DNA of 64,000 nt, from positions 2,752,001 through 2,816,000 of the forward strand of contig OZ241875.1 of NCBI GenBank assembly GCA_965203325.1, given 5' to 3'. Origin of the DNA: a bacterium (lineage in GTDB: Bacteria > UBA8248). A program made the position numbers and the translations under genes. The notes under the pieces were generated by a model that worked only from the letters and a program-made list of their open reading frames with translations, was not told the DNA's origin and searched no databases. Below are positions 28,897 to 37,129 of the stretch, in pieces (the first letter of the stretch is position 1; each line of letters opens with the position of its first letter).

Positions 28897-29598
28897 ATGA
28901 ATAGTGACCTCCTTCACATGCATAGCGAATCTCATATCGCGATCATCACCGTGAATCGGCCGGAAGCGCGAAATGCGTTCAACACATCATTGATGGAAGC
29001 CATGTGTAGGGAGATGGATGAAATTCAAAAGATGTCAGATATTAGAGTGCTTATCGTTACGGGAGCGGGAAGTTCTTTTTCTGCAGGACGCGATCTTAAG
29101 GAAAGCGCCACCCATACGGAAGAACAGGCAAAGCGCTTCATGTTATTGGGCGAGAGATGGAGCACAGCCCTTCGTGAGCTGCCCATCCCGACCATAGCAG
29201 CGGTAAACGGACCCGCTTTCGGATGGGGGATGGTGTTGATGCTCTCATGTGATATTCGTGTTGTGGTGGACGACGCTGTTTTGGGATATCCGGAGACTGC
29301 GCTGGGAGTATTTCCTGGAGGAGACGCCACAGTTCGCCTGACGCGGCAGATTTTTGTTCCTTCTGCAAAAGACTTGGTGCTCACTGGCAGAAGATTTGAT
29401 GCACAAGAGGGCCATTGCTTAGGATTGGTGAATCGCGTCACATTGAAAAGAGACTTGATGGCACAAGTCCAAAAGCTGGCCGATGAAATAGCCCAACATC
29501 CGCTGGAAAGACTAAAGGCGATGAAATCAACTTTTTTGAAAGTTGAAGCGATGCCGCGCTTTGGGCATTTGTCGATAGCCGAGAAAATCGACCGATGA
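28897..29598 (+). CDS. Second enoyl-CoA hydratase family protein (paralogue of 28040, shorter C-terminus)
   Basis: NRPEARNA, FSAGRDLKESATHT, PTIAAVNGPAFGWG, PETALGVFPG. Confidence 0.85.
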   Translation: MNSDLLHMHSESHIAIITVNRPEARNAFNTSLMEAMCREMDEIQKMSDIRVLIVTGAGSSFSAGRDLKESATHTEEQAKRFMLLGERWSTALRELPIPTIAAVNGPAFGWGMVLMLSCDIRVVVDDAVLGYPETALGVFPGGDATVRLTRQIFVPSAKDLVLTGRRFDAQEGHCLGLVNRVTLKRDLMAQVQKLADEIAQHPLERLKAMKSTFLKVEAMPRFGHLSIAEKIDR

Positions 29599-29978
29599 AA
29601 GTCAGGGAGTGTTTTTTGCAAGCGGTAGCGATTGTTGACTCATATGAAGACGCCAGAGATACCTGGGCGGCCATGAACAGGCTTAACGCGCCCTGGGCGG
29701 CGGTTTTTGATGGTACGCACCTGGTTGGCATAGTAAACAAACAAGACCTTGATGCGTTTGTTCGTGTGCCCGAAGTTTTTCAGAACGTTGGTGAGGTGGC
29801 CCAAACGGACATACCTGCCAGGCGAGGGATATCACTATCCCCGAACGCGGATTTGAACGAGGCTGTTCTTCAGCTTGAGATGGTTGGCGCGGATGCCGCT
29901 TTTGTCGAGGGCATTGGCAGGCCGCCTGGCGTCATGGAAATGGAAGCGGCCAATCGCGTATTGTCTTGTTCTTCATGA
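29595..29978 (+). CDS. CBS-domain-like protein
   Basis: MKVRE start, VFDGTHLVGIVNKQDL CBS-like motif; ATGA overlap with upstream gene. Confidence 0.6.
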   Translation: MKVRECFLQAVAIVDSYEDARDTWAAMNRLNAPWAAVFDGTHLVGIVNKQDLDAFVRVPEVFQNVGEVAQTDIPARRGISLSPNADLNEAVLQLEMVGADAAFVEGIGRPPGVMEMEAANRVLSCSS

Positions 29979-30051
29979 TACGCTTTTGTTTTCCTTAAAG
30001 TGATCGATCATTTGCCTCACTTTCAAGGGGCAATTGACGGGAGGAACGTCC

Positions 30052-31248
30052 ATGGAATTCACGTTGAATGAAGAGCAAATACGGATTCAGCAGATAGCCA
30101 GAAAATTTTCCGATGAAGAATTGGCCCCGGTGGCTCCAGAGCGCGATCGTATTCAGAACTGGGAAGAGCGCATGCCGTGGGATCTCACGGAAAAAGCAAG
30201 CGCTTTGGGTTTAAGGCAGCTCCCTTATCCCAAAGAATACGGTGGTATGGGAGCTGATGTGCTTTCGTGCTGTCTGGCGGGGGAGGAGCTTGCAGCGGGA
30301 GATCTGGGTTTTGCGGTGAACTTGGATCAGACATGGAAACTGTCCCATATATTCGAAAAAGTAGAACCTGAAGTCAGAGATCCATGGATAAAACGCTTAT
30401 GTGAAGAACCAAGATTCCTGGCTGCGATTTCCATGACGGAAGAAGGAGCGGGAACCGACCATCAGGGATATTATGACGATCCCTCCATTGCGCTGTTTAC
30501 GCGCGCAGAGAAAGAAGGCGGCAAATGGATCCTCAACGGGAAAAAACGCTATGTCAGCAATGGCCCTGTTGCGTCGTTGTACGTTTTGGCGGCAAGAACC
30601 GATCTCAGCAAAAACTTGAGGGAAGGCTTAACGGGCTTTCTGGTTCCAAGAGAGACCCCCGGCATATCGATAGGCGAAGTGCATGAAAAAATTGGCCAGC
30701 GTCTTTCGATGAATTCTGAAATTTTCTATGAAGACGTCGAGATTCCCGAGAACCACATCATCCTGGGTGAGGGAAACATGTTCGAAATCAGGGGTAATCT
30801 TCTGGCGATGGGAAAACCGGAAGCAGCCGCAACGGCCCTGGGTGTCGGGCGCGCTGCATTCGAGAAATCACTTGTCTACAGCCGAGAACGCGTCCAGGGC
30901 GGCAAGCCCATTGGTCAACACCAGGCGATTGAAACCATGCTCGCCGATATGGCGATGAATCTTGACATTGCGCGCACGTACATTTGGCGCACCGCTTGGG
31001 CGGTGGATCATCAAAAACCTTATGATTTCACGCAAGGATGGAAATGCAAAGTTTTCGCATCTGAAGTCGCTTTTGATTGTGCGAGACTGGGCATGGAGGT
31101 ATTCGGCGGTGCGGGCATCATGCACGATGCTCCTATGGAGAAATACCTTCGCGATGCCAGTACGTTCTTGCACTCAGACGGCACGAATCAAATTCTGCGG
31201 TTAAGAACCGGGCAAGCTTATGTGAAAGGAGTGGCCACGGCGTTTTAG
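30052..31248 (+). CDS. Acyl-CoA dehydrogenase family protein
   Basis: YPKEYGG, MTEEGAGTD, LNGKKRYVSNG, RVQGGKPI, FGGAG, EKYLRDA, DGTNQI. Confidence 0.92.
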   Translation: MEFTLNEEQIRIQQIARKFSDEELAPVAPERDRIQNWEERMPWDLTEKASALGLRQLPYPKEYGGMGADVLSCCLAGEELAAGDLGFAVNLDQTWKLSHIFEKVEPEVRDPWIKRLCEEPRFLAAISMTEEGAGTDHQGYYDDPSIALFTRAEKEGGKWILNGKKRYVSNGPVASLYVLAARTDLSKNLREGLTGFLVPRETPGISIGEVHEKIGQRLSMNSEIFYEDVEIPENHIILGEGNMFEIRGNLLAMGKPEAAATALGVGRAAFEKSLVYSRERVQGGKPIGQHQAIETMLADMAMNLDIARTYIWRTAWAVDHQKPYDFTQGWKCKVFASEVAFDCARLGMEVFGGAGIMHDAPMEKYLRDASTFLHSDGTNQILRLRTGQAYVKGVATAF

Positions 31249-31271
31249 TGGCATGAAAAGGAGAATTTCAG

Positions 31272-31823
31272 ATGGCGCGCCTGGCAGATAAGTGGCGACA
31301 GGTTGAATTGTTCCAGCAAGACGGGGAATCGCTGGAACATCATGTTGCCGAGTGGCTCCAGAAGGTGCGTGCGGAATTCTCCGTGTTTGTATCGGATGAA
31401 GGTATTGCGGAAATAAGAATGCTGAATGGCGTAGAAAAACCTCTCGTGGCAAATCATGCGAGGGAGCAATCAACACCGTTGAGTCGTCGAGCTTCAAAAG
31501 AGATAGAAGAATATCTAAGCGGCGCGCGAAAAAGCTTCAAACTGAAAACGGACCTCTCTGCACTCACGCCTTTTATGGAAAAAGTGCTGAGGAAGACGGA
31601 AGAAATTTCTTATGGTGAGACGCGCTCCTATGGCTGGGTCGCGAAGGAAATCGGAAACCCGAAAGGATCACGCGCCGTCGGCCAGGCGCTTCATAGAAAT
31701 CCCGTTCCGCTTATTATACCATGACATAGAGTCATCGCGGGCTCGGGCGAGCTCGGTGGATTCGCAAGCAGCGTATCTTTGAAGTTGGCGCTGTTGGTCC
31801 ATGAGATGAATCATAAAGATTAG
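31272..31823 (+). CDS. ogt: Methylated-DNA--protein-cysteine methyltransferase (Ogt/AGT) with probable selenocysteine at the active site (TGA 31722-31724)
   Basis: YGETRSYG...SRAVGQALHRNPVPLIIP-TGA-HRVIAGSGELGGF...KLALLVHE: the canonical PCHRV Cys codon is TGA and the homologous frame continues to TAG at 31821-31823. Confidence 0.8.
31733..31758 (+). promoter_or_regulatory. Putative bacterial SECIS element
   Basis: CAUC-GC-GGGCUC [GGGC] GAGCUC-GGUG hairpin; G-initiated loop begins 20 nt after the UGA. Confidence 0.6.
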
Positions 31824-31871
31824 GGTATCTGGATTTCGCTTGGAGGCATCCAAATTCATGGGGGAGTAAAG

Positions 31872-32447
31872 ATGTCTAAGAAGATGAATGATTTCATCGA
31901 CCAGGTACGCGAAATTGTAAAAACAGGCGGTACCGAAGAAGAAGTAACGGTTCGCGTCGTGATGGCCCTTGAACCAATTTTGGATGAGCCGAACCTGTTG
32001 AATGCCGATCAGCTGTTAGTGAAAAAAGAGGGTTTTACGCTCAACCGGATTCATGTCGAACCGGATGAGAGCTTTTCCATAGGCGCCGGTATATGGGATG
32101 TGGGACAGACCACCCCGATTCATGATCACGGCACCTGGGGAGTGATAGGCATTTACCGAGGAATGGAAAACGAAGAGAGTTTCTTGCGTGAAGGTCCCCG
32201 CGAGAGCGGCGCTCGCGTAAAACTCACGCCCCTAGGCGAACGCCTGGCCGGACCCGGAGATGTCTTCGTCTGCTGTACGAAGGATAAAGATGTGCACCGC
32301 GTAAGCTGTGCTTCGACGGAGCCTGTGGTGGGCATTCATGTCTATGGTGATGATCTCGCCAAGTTAACGCGCTATAAATATGAGGAATCAACCGGCGAGG
32401 TGAAATTGTTTGTCACGGGATGGGATTATGCAAAAACATCGGCTTGA
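31872..32447 (+). CDS. Cysteine/thiol dioxygenase family (cupin) protein
   Basis: WDVGQTTPIHDHGTWG, DVHRV, IHVYG motifs. Confidence 0.8.
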   Translation: MSKKMNDFIDQVREIVKTGGTEEEVTVRVVMALEPILDEPNLLNADQLLVKKEGFTLNRIHVEPDESFSIGAGIWDVGQTTPIHDHGTWGVIGIYRGMENEESFLREGPRESGARVKLTPLGERLAGPGDVFVCCTKDKDVHRVSCASTEPVVGIHVYGDDLAKLTRYKYEESTGEVKLFVTGWDYAKTSA

Positions 32448-32561
32448 TTTATAAAAGCCGACTAAATCGATAATTAACGCCGCTCAACACTTTTTCCATC
32501 GAAGCAATCACTAGACACCTGCCTACCGAACACCAGCTACGTGATGAAATAAACACGCTTT

Positions 32562-33266
32562 CTACCAGGGCATGGGTTTTCTGTCCTGGAAGTATCCACC
32601 GGTAGGCCCGTCCTTCGGCAACAAGGCGAGCCATACGGGCGTATCTGCTCCTTCGTCTATTGATTTTGAGGCGCCCCGACCGCCCATGTCGGTTCTCACC
32701 CACCCTGGATGGCAACAATTCACTAATACGCCAGTTCCTCGGAATTCACTCGCCAGTACTTTCGTCATCGCATTCAATGCGGTTTTGGTAATTCTGTATG
32801 CGGGAGAGCCTCCTCCCATGCTGGCGAGAGAACCCATGCCGCTTGAGACGTTCACGATTCTACCGGCTGAACTTTTTTTCAGTAGTGGTGCCAAGGCTTG
32901 GCAAATCATCAGAGGGCCATAGAGGTTGGTTTCCATCATTTCGCGGACGACCTCGACTGGAACGTCCAACCCCATCATGCCGGCGTCTTTTCTGATGGCC
33001 GCGTTGTTGATTAATATGTCTAGTTTTCCAAATTCTTTGGCCAAAAAGCTGGCCAGAGAATTGATGCTATTCTCGTCGGTGACATCCAGGGGATGGAATA
33101 TGATTTCCAGCCCCTCTTGTTTTAGCTGCTTTTTAGCGACTTCACCCTTGGAAACGTCTCGCGCCGTGAGGATGGTTCGAATTCCTTGGCTTGCAAGCGA
33201 TCGGCAGATCCCGAAGCCAATGCCTTTGTTCCCGCCCGTTACGACGGCGATTTTCTCATCTGGCAA
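32562..33266 (-). CDS. SDR oxidoreductase (carbonyl reductase-like)
   Basis: TGGNKGIG, NNA, YRITK, HPGWVRTDMGG. Confidence 0.92.
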   Translation of the reverse strand: MPDEKIAVVTGGNKGIGFGICRSLASQGIRTILTARDVSKGEVAKKQLKQEGLEIIFHPLDVTDENSINSLASFLAKEFGKLDILINNAAIRKDAGMMGLDVPVEVVREMMETNLYGPLMICQALAPLLKKSSAGRIVNVSSGMGSLASMGGGSPAYRITKTALNAMTKVLASEFRGTGVLVNCCHPGWVRTDMGGRGASKSIDEGADTPVWLALLPKDGPTGGYFQDRKPMPW

Positions 33267-33435
33267 CTTTCATCTCCTTTTTCTGTGTGCCTCGCTGGAT
33301 AATTTTCACTGAATTCATGTGTTTCACCAGCACGATCAGGAATGATTCTGGAATCAATTCGGCACCCTGTTATATCATAGAGGGGAATCATCTCTCGCTC
33401 AGGGTGTTTCCAAGCATATACATTGGAAGAAACAA

Positions 33436-34140
33436 TTGAATTTAACTCATCTGATCCTGTTCGACGTGGATGGAACGCTGCTTTTGAGCGGAGGAGCAGG
33501 GGCGAGAGCGTTGAATATCGCTTTTGAGCGTATATACGGGATTCCAAACGCTATGCGTCATGTTCATCCGCACGGCAAGACGGATGAACTCATTGTTCAA
33601 GAGATGTTTCGTTCTCATCTTGAGCGTTGCGGGAGCGAGCCTGAGGTAAAGGCTCTATTGGAGAGATATTTGGAAATCCTGCCCATCACGGTTAGGGATT
33701 CTAAGAATTTTCATCTGATGCCGGGAATCCCAGGTTTGCTTTCGTATCTCAGGAGCCGAAAGGACGTGTTCATGGGATTGGGAACGGGCAATATCGAAGA
33801 GGGTGCGCGGATCAAACTCTCGCGTGGCGGGCTGAACCGGTTTTTCTCATTCGGAGGTTTCGGGTCTGATTCTGGAGACAGGACGGAGTTGCTGGAAGCA
33901 GGATTTCAGCGGGGCGAGGAAATCATTCAAAAGGAATACACGCGCAAATCCATCGTTCGATGGGTGATAGGTGATACATGGCGTGACGTAGCAGCGGGTC
34001 GCGCGTGCGGAGCAAAGACGATAGCCGTGGCTACAGGAGGGGATTCGCTTTACGAGTTGGCGAGTGCTTCTCCGGATTTTCTTTTCGCCACATTGCAGGA
34101 TACGAAGAGGTTTTGCGGGATCTTGGATACAGGCGAATAA
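33436..34140 (+). CDS. HAD-family hydrolase
   Basis: FDVDGTL, TGN, GGFGSD, IGDTWRD. Confidence 0.88.
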   Translation: MNLTHLILFDVDGTLLLSGGAGARALNIAFERIYGIPNAMRHVHPHGKTDELIVQEMFRSHLERCGSEPEVKALLERYLEILPITVRDSKNFHLMPGIPGLLSYLRSRKDVFMGLGTGNIEEGARIKLSRGGLNRFFSFGGFGSDSGDRTELLEAGFQRGEEIIQKEYTRKSIVRWVIGDTWRDVAAGRACGAKTIAVATGGDSLYELASASPDFLFATLQDTKRFCGILDTGE

Positions 34141-34143
34141 GGG

Positions 34144-34827
34144 ATGAGTGAATCTTTGTATCCGCTTACTCCGAGGGAAATCGCGCATGTCTACCGGCAA
34201 ATCCCCGTGTGGACCATAGGGGAGCTCGCCGATTTATCCGAAGCGCAGTTGGATAGAACGGGGACGGAAGAATGGGCGCGTTGGTCTCCGAGAAGGCAGC
34301 TCAGTCATATGGCCTACATTACGACAAGATGGTTCATGGTTCTCTACGGCGCCACTCGCCTGCCCTGGCCGGTTGTGGATATGAGTCAGTTCGGCACTTT
34401 CATCAATACACGAGATGATGACCGTCGATTTTCTTCTAAGCGGTATGCGGATCCAAAATGGCTTCATTTACGTTTTTCCGAAGCATGCGAAGCTGCAGCG
34501 ACAGAAGTTGAAAAGTGGGAGCAAGAGAACTCGACCAAGAACGGGCTTTTGTTTGTTTTTACAGACACCTCGGTTGTGGGCGTGAGTCAGGAGCGCTCGG
34601 TAGATTTATGGAATCGTTGCATGAAGTGCCACCCAGATGGATTTACGGTTGACCCTGAACACGAGCACGGGTTTCGAATTACACCTTTAGCGACATTGCG
34701 CCATGTGCTTTGGGACGATTTGATTCACTTGCGCTCCATCAGGCTTCATCGCAAAGCCTTGGGTTTGTCTCCCGTTTATCCTGATGCCCCTGTCGGCGGC
34801 TACGCTTCGGCCTATCCGGTTTCTTGA
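34144..34827 (+). CDS. DinB/YfiT-like superfamily protein
   Basis: WSPRRQLSHMA and LRHVLWDDLIHL His motifs; paralogous to 36380-37051. Confidence 0.6.
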   Translation: MSESLYPLTPREIAHVYRQIPVWTIGELADLSEAQLDRTGTEEWARWSPRRQLSHMAYITTRWFMVLYGATRLPWPVVDMSQFGTFINTRDDDRRFSSKRYADPKWLHLRFSEACEAAATEVEKWEQENSTKNGLLFVFTDTSVVGVSQERSVDLWNRCMKCHPDGFTVDPEHEHGFRITPLATLRHVLWDDLIHLRSIRLHRKALGLSPVYPDAPVGGYASAYPVS

Positions 34828-35330
34828 TGAAAATTGCTGGTTCACCTCGGGCAAATTTCCTTTTTTGGTTGTTGTTCATCTCATTTGCATCAATCGCAGG
34901 CTTACTTTTGTTCTTTTCGAAACCACTATTTCTTTCCAAAGCAGGCGTCAAAGCGTCCTTGGCAGCAGAAGCAAAGAAGTTGAGAGGAATGCCTCCAGAG
35001 GCCATAACAAAAAACGTAGGTCATATTCTCAAGAAATACCTGGATTCTTCAAAGCATACCAGTCGTGCCGATGTTCGCGTCTCCGAGATAGCCCCTGAGA
35101 GATTGTCTGTTGACATTCTGTTGCCATGGGCGGAGGTGAGCGCAAAAAAAAGAAGACAAAGAGCAGAGTTGGTCTGCCGTTTGGGCGGCGGCATGCTTGA
35201 GAATGCGGGAGCAAAAGATACAATTTTTTCGGTTAATATCCTTCGCATGACGAGAGACGCGACTGCCAGCGAGCGTGCAGGTGCGATGGTGTATTCTCCA
35301 AAAGATAAAAAATGTACTTGGAAAGAATAG
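34824..35330 (+). CDS. Hypothetical protein with N-terminal membrane anchor
   Basis: Hydrophobic N-terminal segment; start overlaps the upstream stop. Confidence 0.6.
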   Translation: MMKIAGSPRANFLFWLLFISFASIAGLLLFFSKPLFLSKAGVKASLAAEAKKLRGMPPEAITKNVGHILKKYLDSSKHTSRADVRVSEIAPERLSVDILLPWAEVSAKKRRQRAELVCRLGGGMLENAGAKDTIFSVNILRMTRDATASERAGAMVYSPKDKKCTWKE

Positions 35331-35462
35331 TTAATTCGGAAAGCCAGTCACATCTGAAGCCAAATACATCAAATGCCGACGGCTTTTCTCTGAAAAGCCC
35401 CATTTCTGCTAGACTCTGTTTATTTTGGTTATTTCATTTTTCGGGCGAGAGGAGGTGTTCAC

Positions 35463-36362
35463 ATGTCCCTTACAACCGTTGCCATCATCAGCCCGGGAGA
35501 TATGGGACATGCTGTGGGGCGAATGCTGGGTTTGCATGGGCTTGAGGTAATAACTTGTCTTGCAAACAGAAGCGAGCGGACGAAGCAATTGGCCGCGAAA
35601 GGGGGTATTCGGGATTATCCGACAAAGGCTGAAATGCTGGAGCGCGCGGATATTGTTTTGTCCATCGTGCCTCCGGGTTTAGCCGCTCAGGCGGCGGACG
35701 AAGTGGCGGAATCTATGTCGAACTCTGGTTTTTGTCCCCCGTATGCGGACTGCAATGCTGTATCACCCGAAACGGCAAAAGCAATGGCAAAGAGGATTTC
35801 AGATGCCGGAGCGGATTTCATCGATGGGGGGATACTGGGTCCCCCGCCGAATGAGACACGGAACAACACAAGGTTTTACTTCAGCGGTGCGCAGGCGGGA
35901 TTGCTCTCGGAATTGGACGGAAAAGGAATCATCGTTCGTCAGCTTGGGCCAGAGATTGGCCACGCTTCTGGAATCAAGATGTGTTACGCCGCTCTTACGA
36001 AAGGAACCCATGCTCTTCAAACCGCGGTCATTACTCTGGCAGAGGCGCTTGGTCTCTCCGAGGAAGTGAATCGTGAGTTTCAAACAAGCCAGGACGCTTC
36101 TTATAAACAAATAACCTCGAGTGCCCCCCGTCTTCCCGTCGTGGCGTGGCGGTATATCGACGAGATGAAACAAATCGCACAGACCTTTGAGGCCGCCGGC
36201 GTCACTCCGAAGTTTCATGAAGGAGCTGCGGCCGTCTATTCCCATCTCGCGACAACGCCTTTAGCGGAGCAAACCGTAGAGACGATTGACAAGAGCTTAT
36301 CTCCACAGCAAGCGGCGGCGGTGTATGCTGAACACTTGCCGATGAAAATGGACGACATTTGA
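35463..36362 (+). CDS. NAD(P)-dependent oxidoreductase, beta-hydroxyacid dehydrogenase-like (DUF1932-type C-terminus)
   Basis: ISPGDMG, DCNAVSP, DGGILGPPP, ASGIKMCYAALTKG, AWRYIDEM. Confidence 0.82.
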   Translation: MSLTTVAIISPGDMGHAVGRMLGLHGLEVITCLANRSERTKQLAAKGGIRDYPTKAEMLERADIVLSIVPPGLAAQAADEVAESMSNSGFCPPYADCNAVSPETAKAMAKRISDAGADFIDGGILGPPPNETRNNTRFYFSGAQAGLLSELDGKGIIVRQLGPEIGHASGIKMCYAALTKGTHALQTAVITLAEALGLSEEVNREFQTSQDASYKQITSSAPRLPVVAWRYIDEMKQIAQTFEAAGVTPKFHEGAAAVYSHLATTPLAEQTVETIDKSLSPQQAAAVYAEHLPMKMDDI

Positions 36363-36379
36363 TTTTTTGAGGGAGCGAT

Positions 36380-37051
36380 ATGCCAGAAGACCTATCCACT
36401 CCAGGGTTGGACGTTTTCCCGGAATATAGAAATTTAGCGGATTTGTTTCGGGAAGAAACGAAAGGGCTTCCTCAGGAATTATGGGAATGGAAGCTGCCAG
36501 AGAAGAGTTGGGGAGCTTGGTCCATCAAAGAACAAATCAGCCATACGGCATGGATACCGTATCTTTTTTTCCTGGAATTTTGGCCGCCCGTTTTGTATCC
36601 GGATTCTTTGCCGCGAGATAAGTCTCTGGCGGATCAAGGTGGGGCAGACAGAATGTTGGATCCACTGCGGTTTCCAGATGTGTCCGATGTTCTGGCAGCG
36701 CTTGATGACGCGTGCGTTTTGTGTCGGGAGGTTTTATCAAAGGAAACGCTAGCCACGTTAAGGAATAAAGAATTGCCCAGAAAGTACTCTCCGGACAGAA
36801 CTTGGGCGAACGGTGAGCGAGTAATTGATTATTTTCTAAATCTCGTTTTGCCTGCTCACGAGAGGGGTTTTCGCAAAGACGAGAACGATCCTTTTCTTTA
36901 TTACCAGACGCTCGAGTGCACGTTCCGCCACATATTGTGGGAATCGAATGTGCACCTGATTACCATTCAGGAATTTAAGCGAATCAAAGGCTTGCCAATT
37001 CATTCGACTGTCCCGAGAGACGGGTATGCTGCAATGCTCACCTGGGAATAA
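36380..37051 (+). CDS. DinB/YfiT-like superfamily protein
   Basis: WSIKEQISHTA and FRHILWESNVHL; paralogous to 34144-34827. Confidence 0.6.
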   Translation: MPEDLSTPGLDVFPEYRNLADLFREETKGLPQELWEWKLPEKSWGAWSIKEQISHTAWIPYLFFLEFWPPVLYPDSLPRDKSLADQGGADRMLDPLRFPDVSDVLAALDDACVLCREVLSKETLATLRNKELPRKYSPDRTWANGERVIDYFLNLVLPAHERGFRKDENDPFLYYQTLECTFRHILWESNVHLITIQEFKRIKGLPIHSTVPRDGYAAMLTWE

Positions 37052-37129
37052 ATGCGCTTATGCCTTGGGATTTATTCGTTTTGTGATCCTGAATTCTGAA
37101 TCTTTCTTTATCTGAAAAGGAGGGCATTC

